From a virus (taxonomy: Duplodnaviria > Heunggongvirae > Uroviricota > Caudoviricetes), in the IMG/VR virus record IMGVR_UViG_3300012269_000002, positions 146,407 through 161,293 of that record: DNA of 14,887 nt. One strand, given 5' to 3'. Under the pieces are notes generated by a model. The model had not been told where the DNA came from. It ran no database searches and saw nothing but the letters and a program-made list of their open reading frames with translations. A program made the translations under genes and the position numbers. How positions within the stretch are numbered: the stretch's first letter is position 1; the number at the start of each line of letters is the position of its first letter. Below are positions 1 through 7,634 of the stretch, one piece after another.

Positions 1-388
1 ATGATTTTCTATTTTGGTGGTATGAGGTAATTTTATCTTTATTATCTTGATAATATAACTTCATTTTAGTTAATATCTCATTCTTATTTTTCTGATAATG
101 TACTTTTTTATATGAAATTAATTCTTCTTTATTATCTTGATAATATAACTTCATTTTAGTTAATATCTCATTTTTATTATTTACATAATATTTTTTTTTA
201 ATTTCTTTGTCGTAAGAATCTCTATCCACTTTTAAAATTTCATTTTTATTCTCTTGATAATATTTTTTGCATTCCTTTTTTCTACACATTTTACATGTAC
301 CATGGTGACCATCTTTTTTCTTTTTATTTTTATGAAATTCCGTTACTGATTTTAGTTCACCACACGTACCACATTTTTTACTCACCAT
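1..388 (-). CDS. Partial CDS (runs off window start): CxxC...CxxC zinc-finger protein with 15-aa helical repeats, probably the N-terminal half of a homing-type (HNH-like) endonuclease
   Basis: Not in ORF track. Manual translation from ATG 388: MVSKKCGTCGELKSVTEFHKNKKKKDGHHGTCKMCRKKECKKYYQENKNEILK...YYVNNKNEILTKMKLYYQDNKEELISYKKVHYQKNKNEILTKMKLYYQDNKDKITSYHQNRKS, open to base 1. This kind of N-terminus is typical of phage nuclease genes, but the catalytic domain is not in the window. Confidence 0.7.
   Translation of the reverse strand, partial: MVSKKCGTCGELKSVTEFHKNKKKKDGHHGTCKMCRKKECKKYYQENKNEILKVDRDSYDKEIKKKYYVNNKNEILTKMKLYYQDNKEELISYKKVHYQKNKNEILTKMKLYYQDNKDKITSYHQNRKS
36..172. repeat. 47-bp perfect direct repeat (36-82 and 126-172; 90-bp period), coding repeat within the minus-strand CDS
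   Basis: tctttattatcttgataatataacttcattttagttaatatctcatt occurs twice and encodes NEILTKMKLYYQDNK twice. Confidence 0.95.
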
Positions 389-527
389 TTTTAAATTCTT
401 TTTCTATTAGTATCTTAATTAATTTATTCATTGAATAACCATTATCATCACAATGTTTTTTAAATTTATTCTTTAATTCTTGTGACATTCTAATTGGCCA
501 TACCACATCTTTTTTTTCTTCTTTCAT
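378..527 (-). CDS. Small ribbon-helix-helix (CopG/Arc-like) DNA-binding protein, 49 aa
   Basis: Manual translation MKEEKKDVVWPIRMSQELKNKFKKHCDDNGYSMNKLIKILIEKEFKNGE: alternating beta strand (WPIRM), helix, G-x-S turn, helix. Its 3' end overlaps the next ATG (388) by 11 nt. Confidence 0.75.
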   Translation of the reverse strand: MKEEKKDVVWPIRMSQELKNKFKKHCDDNGYSMNKLIKILIEKEFKNGE

Positions 528-567
528 AATGTATAATATTTGTTATACAAATAAATATGTGAAATTC

Positions 568-598
568 TTGTAGAAGTCATTTTTTTATTCTATATTTG
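568..598 (+). promoter_or_regulatory. Bacteroidota-type housekeeping sigma promoter (-33 TTG / -7 TATATTTG)
   Basis: TTG 568-570, 20-nt spacer, TATATTTG 591-598, just upstream of ATG 603. Confidence 0.75.
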
Positions 599-602
599 CA
601 TC

Positions 603-1106
603 ATGAATATAATTAAACTAGTTGGTGTCATAAAATTTGATGTACCAGACAGAACCAAAAAACATAAAAACCAATCAAGTTGGAAGAAGGTTGCTATGGT
701 AATCTTTAAGGGTGATGTTCCAGAATATTATGCTTGGTTTATTAATAGGAGATTTAATTTAAAACTAAATAAACCATTAAGAGACGGTCACATTACATTT
801 ATTAATGACAGAGAATCAGATACCAACGGTAAATGGGAAGAAATTAAAACCAAATGGCACGGTAAGGAAATAACTGTTGAAATCGATTTAGAACCAAGAA
901 CCGATTCAAATGATGAAGGTAGTACTGGTCATTGGTGGTTAAGAGTCCCAGAAGAGGCTAGGGAGAGCTTACACGCAATTCGAACCGAGTTAGGTCTTGG
1001 TAGACCTTATTATGGTTTACACATGTCTATAGGTCATTGTAACGATAAAGTAATAGACCATAGTAAATACTTACATAGGTTGATTGAAAAAGGTATAATA
1101 AAATAA
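603..1106 (+). CDS. 2H phosphoesterase superfamily protein
   Basis: Two H-x-[T/S] motifs (GHITF and LHMSI) about 77 aa apart in a 167-aa protein. Confidence 0.7.
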   Translation: MNIIKLVGVIKFDVPDRTKKHKNQSSWKKVAMVIFKGDVPEYYAWFINRRFNLKLNKPLRDGHITFINDRESDTNGKWEEIKTKWHGKEITVEIDLEPRTDSNDEGSTGHWWLRVPEEARESLHAIRTELGLGRPYYGLHMSIGHCNDKVIDHSKYLHRLIEKGIIK

Positions 1107-1130
1107 AAGCCCCGAATTGGGGCTTTTATT
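1102..1130. terminator. Bidirectional intrinsic terminator
   Basis: aataaaagcccc-gaatt-ggggcttttatt perfect inverted repeat between convergent genes. Confidence 0.9.
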
Positions 1131-1308
1131 ATTTTTCGATTCTAGTCTTAATTATATTTCTTATCACAACATAATTGTGACAAGCAAATATTCCCAAACA
1201 GAACCCAGCAATAATTGGCCAACCAATAGCCAAACCAACTATAAAACCACCAAGCCAACCTAAGTTGGTAATTCCAGTTTCATTAAGCCACTTTTTAATT
1301 TCTTCCAT
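1129..1308 (-). CDS. Small glycine-rich membrane protein, 59 aa
   Basis: Not in ORF track. MEEIKKWLNETGITNLGWLGGFIVGLAIGWPIIAGFCLGIFACHNYVVIRNIIKTRIEK has a hydrophobic core (1-2 TM), a basic tail, and ends at the terminator. Confidence 0.7.
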   Translation of the reverse strand: MEEIKKWLNETGITNLGWLGGFIVGLAIGWPIIAGFCLGIFACHNYVVIRNIIKTRIEK

Positions 1309-1342
1309 AATATAAATGTTTTTTAATAAATATTAAAAAAAC

Positions 1343-1373
1343 TTGTGTAGTTTAAAAAATATTAGTATATTTG
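1343..1373 (+). promoter_or_regulatory. Bacteroidota-type promoter for the PARP-like gene
   Basis: TTG 1343-1345, N20, TATATTTG 1366-1373. Confidence 0.8.
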
Positions 1374-1391
1374 TAACTTAATATAAAAATT

Positions 1392-2690
1392 ATGATAACA
1401 AGGGATAATGGTCTTAGGTATGCAAAGCTTATTCACGTATCAGTTGATAATGGTTCAACGGCACAGAGTAATAAAGTATACATCATGGAAGAGGAAAGTA
1501 CTGGCAAAATCAAGTGTGAATACGGTCGTGTAGGTCAATCTATGACTACAGTGTATAAGAGTTCGCATGAGTGGAACAAAGTATATAAATCTAAAGTTAA
1601 CCCAAGAAAGGGTTATACCGATGTTACAGATATGATAGTTGAATCAGTTTCAGACCCAACGATTAATTCCACCTCAAATAGTAAAACCGTTGATATTAAA
1701 TGCCAAAAGGTAAGGTCTTTATTTAATGACTTAATGTCTTTTGCGAATAAATCTATTCAGAAAAATTATAAAGTTACGCAAGAATCGGTAACCGAGACCC
1801 AAGTTAATGCGGCCCAGGAAGTTATTGATAGGGCATCAGCTATGGTTGTTAAAGGTATGGATGTTAAGGGTTTCAATAAAGTATTAATCGAATTATATAC
1901 GATTATACCAAGAAACATGAAAGATGTACGTGATTATCTAGCTAATTCAAGTGATACCGATGCCGATATTAAATGGGTAAACGAATTTTTAAGTAGTGAA
2001 CAAGATACATTGGACACTATGGCTGGTCAGGTTAAATTACTTAAACAACAAAAATCGGTTACGGTTAATGACGATACTAAAGACACTCAAAGAGGTGATG
2101 AAATTACAATATTAGAACAAATGGGTCTTGAAGTATCCGAGGAAACTGATTCAGAAAAAATTGCGTTGATTAACAAATTGGCTGGTAGTAACGCACATAA
2201 AATTAGACAAATTTACAAAACAATTAATAATGAAACTCAGTTACTTTTTGATAAAGATTTAAAATTAGCTAAGAATAAAAAACGTAGATTATATTGGCAT
2301 GGGTCTCGCTCAGAAAATTGGTTCAATATTTTACAGAGTGGATTGCTAATTAGACCTTCAGGTGCTGTTCATACTGGGAGCATGTGGGATGATGGAATAT
2401 ATTATGCGTCATCAGCCGATAAATCATTGGGTTATACTAATGGTGGCCGATGGGCTAGTGGTAGTAATAGGACTAGTAGTGTATATTTAGGGTTGTTTGA
2501 TGTGCGTGTCGGTAAACAATTAGTTAAAGATAAACACGATTCTAGTTGTTATAGAATTAATGAACAAGTTAAAAAGGGTGGTTATGATAGTGTTCATGCT
2601 AAAAAAGGTCCTAGTCTAAGAAAAGATGAGTTCATTGTTTACAATTCAAAGCAAAGTACTATTGCGTATTTAGTTGAATTTGAATATTAG
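1392..2690 (+). CDS. PARP-like ADP-ribosyltransferase with WGR-like, helical regulatory and catalytic ART domains
   Basis: WGR-like segment (NKVYIME...EYGRVG), regulatory-domain motif LYTIIP, and catalytic WHGS...GSMWDDGIYYA...KDEFIVY (H-Y-E triad of PARP1/2/3-type enzymes). Confidence 0.88.
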   Translation: MITRDNGLRYAKLIHVSVDNGSTAQSNKVYIMEEESTGKIKCEYGRVGQSMTTVYKSSHEWNKVYKSKVNPRKGYTDVTDMIVESVSDPTINSTSNSKTVDIKCQKVRSLFNDLMSFANKSIQKNYKVTQESVTETQVNAAQEVIDRASAMVVKGMDVKGFNKVLIELYTIIPRNMKDVRDYLANSSDTDADIKWVNEFLSSEQDTLDTMAGQVKLLKQQKSVTVNDDTKDTQRGDEITILEQMGLEVSEETDSEKIALINKLAGSNAHKIRQIYKTINNETQLLFDKDLKLAKNKKRRLYWHGSRSENWFNILQSGLLIRPSGAVHTGSMWDDGIYYASSADKSLGYTNGGRWASGSNRTSSVYLGLFDVRVGKQLVKDKHDSSCYRINEQVKKGGYDSVHAKKGPSLRKDEFIVYNSKQSTIAYLVEFEY

Positions 2691-2780
2691 AAATTCCACA
2701 TTTCATTTTATTGGTTTTGGTTTTACCCCTATAAAAATTAGTTAAAGTTTGTGGACCAACAATTATCCCTAGTTCTTCTT

Positions 2781-2897
2781 TTAGTGTTCGGTAAGTAGTG
2801 AGTCGATTAATTTAGATTTATTGTAATTACCTTCTTCTAATTTATTTAGAAGGTCTTTATCTAACGCCACTGATATTTTAGTTTTTTCATGTTTCAT
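2781..2897 (-). CDS. Small ribbon-helix-helix protein, 38 aa
   Basis: Not in ORF track. MKHEKTKISVALDKDLLNKLEEGNYNKSKLIDSLLTEH: KISVAL strand, helix, N-K-S-x-L-I helix. TATTTATT motif at 2908-2901 lies upstream. Confidence 0.7.
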   Translation of the reverse strand: MKHEKTKISVALDKDLLNKLEEGNYNKSKLIDSLLTEH

Positions 2898-2941
2898 AAT
2901 AATAAATATAGGTAAAACGGTTAATAAAGTCAAGTAAAAAC

Positions 2942-2972
2942 TTGTATCTTAGATAAATATTTAGTATTTTTG
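2942..2972 (+). promoter_or_regulatory. Bacteroidota-type promoter
   Basis: TTG 2942-2944, N20, TATTTTTG 2965-2972. Confidence 0.75.
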
Positions 2973-2989
2973 TATAAAATTTAAATTAA

Positions 2990-3355
2990 ATGGAAGAAAA
3001 TATAATTAAAGCGTTATATGAAATAATATATGATGATAATGAAGGAAAATATATTATGTTAACAAAAAAATACGTCGAAGTGGGGTATTTTTATAAAAGT
3101 GAACTTAATTTTGAAAAACCTGATAAATTAAAAACTTTAGATGTGGATATTTTGAGTTCTAAGTTAATGTTCTATTGTTCTGGTGAATATAATATTAATA
3201 AACCAGAAAATAAAATTATAATTGATTTAACATGGTTTAGTACAGTTATAATTTTTAAAGAATTGGGTCGTGACCCAATTTCATTTGACGATGCTGACAC
3301 AATAGTTAAAACATATATAACTTCACTAGCTAATAAATTGTGTGAAAACTTATAA
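2990..3355 (+). CDS. Hypothetical protein, 121 aa
   Basis: ORF directly after a promoter with an A-rich leader; no recognisable motif. Confidence 0.75.
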   Translation: MEENIIKALYEIIYDDNEGKYIMLTKKYVEVGYFYKSELNFEKPDKLKTLDVDILSSKLMFYCSGEYNINKPENKIIIDLTWFSTVIIFKELGRDPISFDDADTIVKTYITSLANKLCENL

Positions 3356-3410
3356 AATTCGGTGATAGTAGTCAATGTACCATTACATATATAATTGAAA
3401 TGAAATAATT

Positions 3411-3743
3411 ATGAATTTTAAAAGACGTACCATATTTGGTCTAACTTGTTTCTATCTGGCTTTAATCTGGATGGCGATAGGTTCTGAACTATATTATTAT
3501 CATCATTCATCGGAGTATTCAAAATATACTATCGAGATTGAATTAATGAATGGTTCAAAGGATACTATTGTGGTCAGTCAACCTAAGGATATACACTTCC
3601 AAATTAATTGTCATTCAAGTAAACGTGAATTTCAGGATTGCGACTTACAATATGTTTCTGGTGATTTATTCATGGGGATAGGTGGGTATTGGAACACTCA
3701 GATAAGTGGTGTGATTAATTTTAAAATTTTAAAACAGGAATAA
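3411..3743 (+). CDS. Hypothetical protein with N-terminal transmembrane anchor
   Basis: Basic N-terminus, then hydrophobic IFGLTCFYLALIWMAIG. Confidence 0.75.
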   Translation: MNFKRRTIFGLTCFYLALIWMAIGSELYYYHHSSEYSKYTIEIELMNGSKDTIVVSQPKDIHFQINCHSSKREFQDCDLQYVSGDLFMGIGGYWNTQISGVINFKILKQE

Positions 3744-3758
3744 TAAAAATTTTTAATT

Positions 3759-3971
3759 ATGAAATTTTACGAAAATAAAGTATTTCACGCTTGTATAATG
3801 GATAACGAATTCTGGATAAGGTTAAAATTCTTATCTAATAAAAAATTTGATGGGTTTAGAATTATCAGAACCGATAAAAAAGTATTAAGATTTTCTGAAA
3901 GAATTAAAAAAGTTAAATCAGTACAAATATTTAATTATAATTTTAAAAGATTAAGACCATTTAAAATATAA
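3759..3971 (+). CDS. Hypothetical basic protein, 70 aa
   Basis: Co-oriented ORF filling the gap, with a typical aattATG context. Confidence 0.65.
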   Translation: MKFYENKVFHACIMDNEFWIRLKFLSNKKFDGFRIIRTDKKVLRFSERIKKVKSVQIFNYNFKRLRPFKI

Positions 3972-3992
3972 ATTAAAAAACTAAACTTTTAT

Positions 3993-4023
3993 TTGTGTAC
4001 CAAAAAATAAATTAGTATATTTG
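3993..4023 (+). promoter_or_regulatory. Bacteroidota-type promoter
   Basis: (T)TTG 3992-3995, N20, TATATTTG 4016-4023. Confidence 0.8.
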
Positions 4024-4085
4024 TATAACTTAAATCAATTAAAAATGGTTGAAAAAGAAAAATTATTAAAATAATAATAAATAAA

Positions 4086-4706
4086 ATGAAAATAGTCTTA
4101 AAAATAATTTTAATGGTCTTAATGTTGGGCTGTACACCAGAAGATGGTAAAGATGGTATAGATGGTTTAAGTTGTTGGGATTTAAACGCTAACGGTGATG
4201 GCGATACAAATGAGGACATCAATGGTGATGGTCAATATAATACTCTTGATTGTAACGCCCCCCAAGGAGTTCAAGGCCCAGAAGGTACTGATGGTCCACA
4301 AGGCCCAGAAGGCCCAGAAGGTACTGATGGTCCACAAGGTTCACAAGGTCCACAAGGTCCACAAGGTCCACAAGGTCCACAAGGTCCACAAGGTGATAAT
4401 GGTTTATCAGTAATATATAAAGAAGAACTTCTACCATCCGAAATCACTTGTACTGGTCGTTTAGTTTCGGTTACTTGGGGTTTTGACGTAAATTTAAATA
4501 AAATTATAGAATCATCGGAAGTTAAGGGGGTATTTAGATTTTGTTTAATTAATATCAATTCTAAACTTGTAAGTATATCAAACAAACCAACACCCGAAGA
4601 ATGTCCTAACGGGGGTAATGTAATAATATTCGGAATAGATAAAGATAATAGCGACACGTTAACAGATGGTGATGAAGTCGTATTTACATCGAGGTTATGT
4701 AATTAA
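4086..4706 (+). CDS. Collagen-like (Gly-X-Y) lipoprotein
   Basis: Signal peptide with lipobox MLG-C16, acidic post-Cys segment (CTPEDGKDG), Asp-rich [10 protein letters not shown]...DC motif, about 16 consecutive GXY triplets, and two C-terminal C...G-x-D-x-[N/D] repeats. Confidence 0.85.
   Translation: MKIVLKIILMVLMLGCTPEDGKDGIDGLSCWDLNANGDGDTNEDINGDGQYNTLDCNAPQGVQGPEGTDGPQGPEGPEGTDGPQGSQGPQGPQGPQGPQGPQGDNGLSVIYKEELLPSEITCTGRLVSVTWGFDVNLNKIIESSEVKGVFRFCLININSKLVSISNKPTPEECPNGGNVIIFGIDKDNSDTLTDGDEVVFTSRLCN
4275..4394 (+). repeat. 9-bp tandem repeats encoding GXY triplets
   Basis: ggtccacaa x5 perfect at 4347-4391, plus a 27-bp duplicated unit ggcccagaaggtactgatggtccacaa at 4275 and 4311. 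Confidence 0.95.
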
Positions 4707-4848
4707 AATATATAATATTAATTTATTAAAAGATATCCGAGAAATAAAGTCAAAAAGATTTTAATCTCCAATGGAGTATCCACTAAAAGAGTTAAGTGAT
4801 GAAAAAATTAATTAAATACGAGGGCCTATCCGAGAGGGGGTTAATGTC

Positions 4849-5859
4849 ATAGGGGGCGCAGCACTAAAAAATACGTTCACAAGACGTTACGAAAGAAAAG
4901 AGTTTGAGGAAGTTTGTGAAGAACTTTTTCAAATCATGTCTTTTACGTTCGATAAATATGACATCCCAAGATTCTACCATAAAAAAGAAACCTTCGGAGA
5001 TATCGACATTATCGTATCAATGGAATCGTTCAACCAAAACATGAACGAATATATCAAAAAGACTTTTAACCCTAATGAGATTTTTCATAATGGAAATGTT
5101 TGGTCATTTGATTACAAGGAAATCCAGGTTGATTTCATTACTTGTGCACCAGAAGATTTTGATTCAAACTATCATTATATGGCCTTTAATGACCTTGGAA
5201 ATTTTATTGGTAGATTAGCGCAATCAATTGGTTTAAAATATGGGCAAGAAGGTCTTTGGTATAACCATTACAGTGATAATAAAGCCACCAAGACCAAGAT
5301 TATCATAAGTAAGGACTATCCAAAGATATTTAAATTTTTGGACTTGAATTATAATAGATGGATTACTGGTTTCGATACCCTAGAGGATATCTTTGAATAT
5401 GTAATAACATCCAAGTATTTTAACGCACCAATGTTCCAGTTAAGCGAACTCAATAAGATTAACCGAGAACGTAATGTTAAGCGTAAATCTTATATGTCAT
5501 TTCTTGAATATATCGATGGAAAGGATTCACACCCCGAATATGATAAAGGTAGGATTAAGTTAATTAAGAACAATATTATCAATGTGATTCGTACTGAATT
5601 TCCATTAGCTAATATTGACCTTCACTTAGCTGAAATCGAATATAATACCGCTAGAAAAAAGTTAATCAGCCTTAAATTCAATGGTCAAATCATCAAGGAT
5701 AAGTATAACCTTAATGGTAAGGATTTAGGTGAAAGTATTATTAACTTTAAACTTTACGTAGATAAGGTTCATGAGATAAGTTTTAATGAGTTTATAGTAG
5801 CCTCATCAATTGACTATATTTATGGGACTTTTGAACAGGCAAATAATATTGTTAAATAA
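4849..5859 (+). CDS. Pol-beta superfamily nucleotidyltransferase; true start uncertain (ATA 4849, ATG 4936, or frameshift from ATG 4799)
   Basis: FGDIDIIV motif (G-D-x-D) and a later QVDF acidic strand. The frame is open upstream of ATG 4936 as IGGAALKNTFTRRYERKEFEEVCEELFQI-M. Confidence 0.7.
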   Translation: MGGAALKNTFTRRYERKEFEEVCEELFQIMSFTFDKYDIPRFYHKKETFGDIDIIVSMESFNQNMNEYIKKTFNPNEIFHNGNVWSFDYKEIQVDFITCAPEDFDSNYHYMAFNDLGNFIGRLAQSIGLKYGQEGLWYNHYSDNKATKTKIIISKDYPKIFKFLDLNYNRWITGFDTLEDIFEYVITSKYFNAPMFQLSELNKINRERNVKRKSYMSFLEYIDGKDSHPEYDKGRIKLIKNNIINVIRTEFPLANIDLHLAEIEYNTARKKLISLKFNGQIIKDKYNLNGKDLGESIINFKLYVDKVHEISFNEFIVASSIDYIYGTFEQANNIVK

Positions 5860-6172
5860 AGGGGTTGCCAGATTTCACCAATAATTGAAAGTTATCGTGT
5901 AATTTTTGGCAATCAACCACGAATGATTTCACTTCCTCATTGGTTAGTTCAAACCATTCACCCTTTGCCCGTTTATTTACGTATCTGTTATGCAGTGCAC
6001 GTTCTATTTTATTGTTAAATTTAGATTGAAAGGTTTCTATAACCGTGATTTCGTTACCGTTACCTGTTTTAAGACTTTTCAATCTTTTATCGGCATTACT
6101 ATATTTTGTGATTCCTATTTTATGTAAATCACAATCACCGTTATCAGCTCTTAATAAATATACTATTCCCAT
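5852..6172 (-). CDS. T5orf172/MUG113-type GIY-YIG-like domain protein
   Basis: GIVYLL...KIGIT...RLKSLKTGN...IERALH...GEWF pattern. Confidence 0.85.
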   Translation of the reverse strand: MGIVYLLRADNGDCDLHKIGITKYSNADKRLKSLKTGNGNEITVIETFQSKFNNKIERALHNRYVNKRAKGEWFELTNEEVKSFVVDCQKLHDNFQLLVKSGNPFI

Positions 6173-6228
6173 GTTTAAAATATAACCCTGGGATAGTAAT
6201 TAGTAAAGGCGTAACTTAAATATTAATT

Positions 6229-6942
6229 ATGAAAATTATATCTAAATTTAAGGATTATTATGACATAGGTATGTCTTTGGGTATTGACAAATCAATACAT
6301 TACGTTAGGACCTCAAATAGTGAAAGGGCGAGTAAAGAAATGGATGATTTATTATCACCCCCTGGTTGGGTAACATTAAAACAAAGTTATTCTTATACGG
6401 ATAAGAATACATTATTTAATGGTCATAATTTAGAATCCTATCACACCAGATTCTTATTTTTTTGTGGTAAAGTATATCCAGAGGTAATTTATACCTATAA
6501 AAGCAAAAAGAAATTTAATTCTGAGTTAATAACCAAAAGAATAATAGGGGTTGACGAGTGTTTAGAGTTCTTCAAAGAGATAGAATATGATTTCAAAGTA
6601 AATTGGAGTAAGTGGAATAGAGTTGAGTTATTTAATTTAGTTATTTCATCATTAACTGATAAAGTAATTCTTGATGAACATATTAAATACCAGTCACCCA
6701 CACTATATTATTATGAAACGGGGGTTTGGGAAGTTAATATTAACAAAAAATTAAGTGATATCGATTTTTATAGGAAAGTCGGTGAGTATCAGGCATTCCA
6801 AGAGATAAGCATGTTTCTAGGTTCAACATTAGTTGACGTATCAACCCCAAAGATGCCAGTAGGTGACGATAAAGTGATTATTAACAGCAAGGGTTTTGAC
6901 CCTAAATATGGTTTCAGGACCAGACCTAAAAAAACAAAATAA
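6229..6942 (+). CDS. Hypothetical phage-type protein, 237 aa
   Basis: Long ORF with MKIISKFKDYYD start and FQEISMFL...KGFD...FR end, a pattern I recall from phage hypothetical proteins. No function assigned. Confidence 0.75.
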   Translation: MKIISKFKDYYDIGMSLGIDKSIHYVRTSNSERASKEMDDLLSPPGWVTLKQSYSYTDKNTLFNGHNLESYHTRFLFFCGKVYPEVIYTYKSKKKFNSELITKRIIGVDECLEFFKEIEYDFKVNWSKWNRVELFNLVISSLTDKVILDEHIKYQSPTLYYYETGVWEVNINKKLSDIDFYRKVGEYQAFQEISMFLGSTLVDVSTPKMPVGDDKVIINSKGFDPKYGFRTRPKKTK

Positions 6943-6943
6943 T

Positions 6944-7066
6944 ATGGAACAACCAGTTAGAATTTTTAAATGCCCATGTAGGGGCAACAAGTACAAATTG
7001 GCTGGAAAGCCAAACGACAATCCAACGCTAAAAGAAAAATGGGAGTGGTGCGATAAGCATCTTTAA
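6944..7066 (+). CDS. Small hypothetical protein, 40 aa
   Basis: Not in ORF track. MEQPVRIFKCPCRGNKYKLAGKPNDNPTLKEKWEWCDKHL starts 1 nt after the previous stop and fills the gap. Confidence 0.55.
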   Translation: MEQPVRIFKCPCRGNKYKLAGKPNDNPTLKEKWEWCDKHL

Positions 7067-7077
7067 AATATAAATGT

Positions 7078-7395
7078 ATGGAAAGATTAATTGAACTAAC
7101 AAAGAGACATAAGGTGATAATGGACACTAAGAATATTATTGTCTCTATTTATACTAACGCATCAGGATTCCTTTGGAGTATGTGTATGGTGGATAGTGGA
7201 ACCGATTTAGGTTATTCCGAGTTTAATGGTAATTGTGAATCTTCAGGTTCATTTATAGAATATGAAGATGCCCTTGAAGATGCTTTGAATATGATAGACC
7301 TATGTGATTTGGATAAATTCAGGAGTGAAGTTACCGATAGGTTCCATTGGGGCAATTATACACACCATTTAGACTCCAATTATAGAAATAAATAA
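7078..7395 (+). CDS. Hypothetical protein, 105 aa
   Basis: Co-oriented ORF; no motif recognised. Confidence 0.75.
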   Translation: MERLIELTKRHKVIMDTKNIIVSIYTNASGFLWSMCMVDSGTDLGYSEFNGNCESSGSFIEYEDALEDALNMIDLCDLDKFRSEVTDRFHWGNYTHHLDSNYRNK

Positions 7396-7413
7396 AAATA
7401 ATTATAAAAAAAC

Positions 7414-7456
7414 TTGACTAATAAGAATACTTTTACTATATTTGCTTATATTTAAT
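7414..7456 (+). promoter_or_regulatory. Promoter region of tRNA array 1: Bacteroidota-type promoter plus TATTTAAT motif
   Basis: TTG 7414-7416, N20, TATATTTG 7437-7444; TATTTAAT 7449-7456. Confidence 0.8.
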
Positions 7457-7493
7457 AACAAAGGGTTAAACCTTTAATAAAATAAAAATAAAA

Positions 7494-7577
7494 ATGAAAA
7501 CAATTAATAACATACTATCTGTCCTTTGTTTATGTTTACTAGTCTTAGTGAGCGTGTCGGGCTGTGGAATTAATTGA
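7494..7577 (+). CDS. Putative attenuator leader peptide 1 (Leu/Val/Cys-rich), 27 aa
   Basis: MKTINNILSVLCLCLLVLVSVSGCGIN; lies between the promoter and a terminator directly preceding tRNA-Cys/Val/Leu. Confidence 0.75.
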   Translation: MKTINNILSVLCLCLLVLVSVSGCGIN

Positions 7578-7598
7578 ACTAAATTTTAATTAATATAC

Positions 7599-7632
7599 AA
7601 AGTCCGATACTGTAAAGCATCGGACTTTTTTT
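7599..7632 (+). terminator. Intrinsic terminator (attenuator) immediately before tRNA array 1
   Basis: aaagtccgat (7599-7608) / atcggacttt (7619-7628) stem plus a U-tract to 7632; tRNA-Cys starts at 7635. Confidence 0.88.
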
Positions 7633-7634
7633 AT

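Noticed and set aside
4045-4074. 9-aa u[12 protein letters not shown] before the lipoprotein gene as a third attenuator
   Set aside because: No terminator or alternative helix follows and there is no MKTxNNI head; may be a remnant or chance.
36-4394. Repeats at 36-172 and 4275-4394 as possible CRISPR arrays
   Set aside because: Both are in-frame coding repeats without unique spacers; no cas genes.
3989-4657. Four alternative-frame/antisense ORFs with VHK, VDL and CGP repeats (3989-4222, 4195-4413, 4219-4437, 4271-4657)
   Set aside because: Shadows of the 9-bp collagen repeat in the lipoprotein gene.
7494-7577. Leader 1 as a truncated lipoprotein (VSG-C lipobox, hydrophobic core)
   Set aside because: Only 3 residues follow the Cys. 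The paralogous leader 2 shares the head and RNA layout but is acidic, so composition tracks tRNA identity rather than secretion. Not formally excluded.
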